This document shows positions 38,325-40,184 of a stretch of DNA of 40,184 bases, one piece after another (within the stretch, counting starts at the first letter, position 1; each line of letters begins with the position of its first letter). The stretch comes from Candidatus Nanohaloarchaea archaeon. Its GTDB lineage: Archaea; Nanohalarchaeota; Nanosalinia; Nanosalinales; Nanosalinaceae. Under the pieces are notes generated by a model that saw only the letters and a list, made by a program, of their open reading frames with translations, was not told where the DNA came from and did no database searches. The stretch is taken from positions 1 through 40,184 of the forward strand of contig JAWOFP010000029.1 in assembly GCA_046497485.1 (NCBI GenBank). The letters run 5' to 3'. Made by a program: the position numbers and the translations under genes.

Positions 38325-39005
38325 TTATTCCTCCTCAGAACTGATAAACTGTTCTTTTAGGTTCTCTGGCTCAGTGACTTCCTCTATAACTTCTCCATCC
38401 TTCAGGAAAAGCACCCTATCACATAATTCTTCAGCAAGCGAGACTAAGTGAGTCGATAACACCATTGAACCGCCTCTTTCTCTATGCTCTCTGAAGACCT
38501 CTTTGACTTCCTCCTGAATCAATGGATCCAAATTAATCAATGGCTCATCAATAAACACTAGCTCTGGCTCATGGAAAAAGGCCTGAATAACCATTAATTT
38601 CTGTCTTTCACCTTTTGACAATTCCCGAGTCTGTTGATCAAGTAAATGATCATTCAAGTTCATTCTCTCAGGGAACTCCCAGTCCATAACCTCTTCCCTG
38701 ATATCGGATACGAAATTTAGGTATTCTCTTCCTGTCAAGAAGCTTGGAGGATCCTCCCTTTCCGGTAAAACTCCGATCTTTGCTCTCAAGTTTACAGAAT
38801 CTTCCTGTGGATCAATGCCTAAAACCTCTAAATCACCAGAATCTCTTTCAATCTGGCCTGTTAGAATCTTCATAAAAGTGGATTTTCCAGCACCATTAGG
38901 GCCTAAAACCCCTACAATCTCTCCTTCATTTACCTCAAAATCAACATTCTTCAGTTTGAAATCAGAGTATTCCTTTGAAATATCAGAGGCCTCAATCAAG
39001 CTCAT
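38325..39005 (-). CDS. ABC transporter ATP-binding protein
   Basis: GPNGAGKST, LSKGERQK, FIDEP, STH; probable start MSLIE at 39005. Confidence 0.95.
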   Translation of the reverse strand: MSLIEASDISKEYSDFKLKNVDFEVNEGEIVGVLGPNGAGKSTFMKILTGQIERDSGDLEVLGIDPQEDSVNLRAKIGVLPEREDPPSFLTGREYLNFVSDIREEVMDWEFPERMNLNDHLLDQQTRELSKGERQKLMVIQAFFHEPELVFIDEPLINLDPLIQEEVKEVFREHRERGGSMVLSTHLVSLAEELCDRVLFLKDGEVIEEVTEPENLKEQFISSEEE

Positions 39006-39053
39006 GTAATCTACTTGATAATGCTCCAATTTAATCCTTATGAAAAATAAGGA

Positions 39054-39782
39054 TTAGAAAAATGAGGTGACGAAACCATATACTCTAGTACCGGTATTAA
39101 CTACTCCGAAAGCCACTTTATTTCTAAAAGAGTAGGCCTCTACATCTATTCCTTCCCCATTATAGGCCTCTGTGAATTCCTCACTTGGATTCTCTGACTC
39201 CATTACTCTCTGGATGGTTTCGCTGTCCATGTTGATGTGGAGATCAGGGTTCTCAAATCCGCCTTCCTGGACATCCGTTACCCCTGTACTGTTGGTCTCT
39301 ATTCCAATAGTTGTATTATCAATCTGGAAATTAACGTCGTCCCCGAGAATAATTCCTGCAATCCTATCTGGAAGTGCCTCATCAATTACTTGATTAACTT
39401 GATCAAGATTTTCTTCAATCTGTTCAGTATCGTTTAACGCTTCTTTTACAGGAACTTCAGTCTCCGGAAGATCGGTCTCAAGCTCTTCATTTGTACTCAT
39501 TACATCCTCAAGGACTCCTTGTTCTCCTGCAGGAACCTCCATGAAACCAGAGTCACAGACCAGTACAAGGCCGCCATCCTCTGCCACACTTACCTCTTGA
39601 TCAGTAGCGATCTCCATATCCTGAGCAAGAGCCTCAGGACCTTCTTCGTTTATTATCTCTGCATTTTGGGCTTCAAGAACCGTACATGAGGCCTGAACAT
39701 CAGTGTTTTGAGAGGTTTGGGCGACTGCTGTAAAGCTAGTTAAAATTATTAGAGATAACAAGAACACAGATTTGGCTTTCAT
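39054..39782 (-). CDS. Secreted acidic protein, possible SCP2-like C-terminal domain
   Basis: Signal peptide MKAKSVFLLSLIIL; NPDLHINMDSETI...AYNGEGIDV pattern. Confidence 0.7.
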   Translation of the reverse strand: MKAKSVFLLSLIILTSFTAVAQTSQNTDVQASCTVLEAQNAEIINEEGPEALAQDMEIATDQEVSVAEDGGLVLVCDSGFMEVPAGEQGVLEDVMSTNEELETDLPETEVPVKEALNDTEQIEENLDQVNQVIDEALPDRIAGIILGDDVNFQIDNTTIGIETNSTGVTDVQEGGFENPDLHINMDSETIQRVMESENPSEEFTEAYNGEGIDVEAYSFRNKVAFGVVNTGTRVYGFVTSFF

Positions 39783-39845
39783 ACATGAATAGAACTCAGA
39801 GAATATAATAAAACTAACCCGGAACCATATCAAAAACCTAATTCT

Positions 39846-40184
39846 TCAGCCCTCAGGCCTTTTCCCAATGAATTTCTCTACTTCCTCTATAGCGGCTCCC
39901 TTATTGGAGAATCCATACATCGGATTATCTAATTCTTCTCCAAACTTCTCCGATTTCAAAGTCCAGAAACCGTTATCTTTCTTTTCCAATTTAATTGAGG
40001 CCTCAGTCTTTGAATGAATCCATTCATTATCCTTTCTAACCCATTCTCCGACTTTTCTCAAGTCTTTGCAGTAAGAAGAGTATTTCCTGTTTCCAGGCTT
40101 CGCAACTAATTGTGTATTACCGTCATAGTAGATCTCATATTCTCCTCCTGAAGGTCCGGTAACTTTCATCTCCTCCTCTTTCAC
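39846..40184 (-). CDS. Hypothetical protein (probably truncated by the window edge)
   Basis: Open frame extends to the window end. Confidence 0.6.
   Translation of the reverse strand: MKEEEMKVTGPSGGEYEIYYDGNTQLVAKPGNRKYSSYCKDLRKVGEWVRKDNEWIHSKTEASIKLEKKDNGFWTLKSEKFGEELDNPMYGFSNKGAAIEEVEKFIGKRPEG

Larger units (their letters stand above)
262..40003. repeat. Dispersed highly iterated palindrome AGGCCT
   Basis: About 147 copies by manual count across the whole window. Confidence 0.95.

Overview
Archaeal chromosomal window, most consistent with a nanohaloarchaeon (DPANN). Support: roughly 40% GC by eye with a very acidic proteome, a single-domain HMf-type histone, TATA-box promoters with apparently leaderless starts, and GGAGGTGA-type ribosome-binding sites. 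It encodes a pyruvate-to-acetate module (malic enzyme, ADP-forming acetate-CoA ligase, pdhABC-lpdA), msrBA, DsbA, an Ogg2-like glycosylase, PolB, histone, an exonuclease, a Nudix hydrolase, a type IV pilin, grpE-dnaK-(orf)-dnaJ, a ZIP transporter with a divergent NikR-like regulator, several secreted acidic surface proteins, an NhaP-type antiporter and an ABC exporter. No tRNA, rRNA, CRISPR array or transposase was recognised. Two things are not explained by gene content. (1) The palindrome AGGCCT occurs about 147 times by manual count (about 1 per 270 bp, versus about 6 expected), in all three reading frames and in intergenic DNA, like cyanobacterial HIP1. (2) A ~480-nt intergenic unit at 18.9-19.4 kb can fold into many helices, including mutually exclusive ones, and contains an unannotated 37-codon ORF whose ribosome-binding site is sequestered and whose context resembles a tmRNA tag. 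Several other unannotated micro-ORFs and an Ogg2 lacking its catalytic Asp are also reported.
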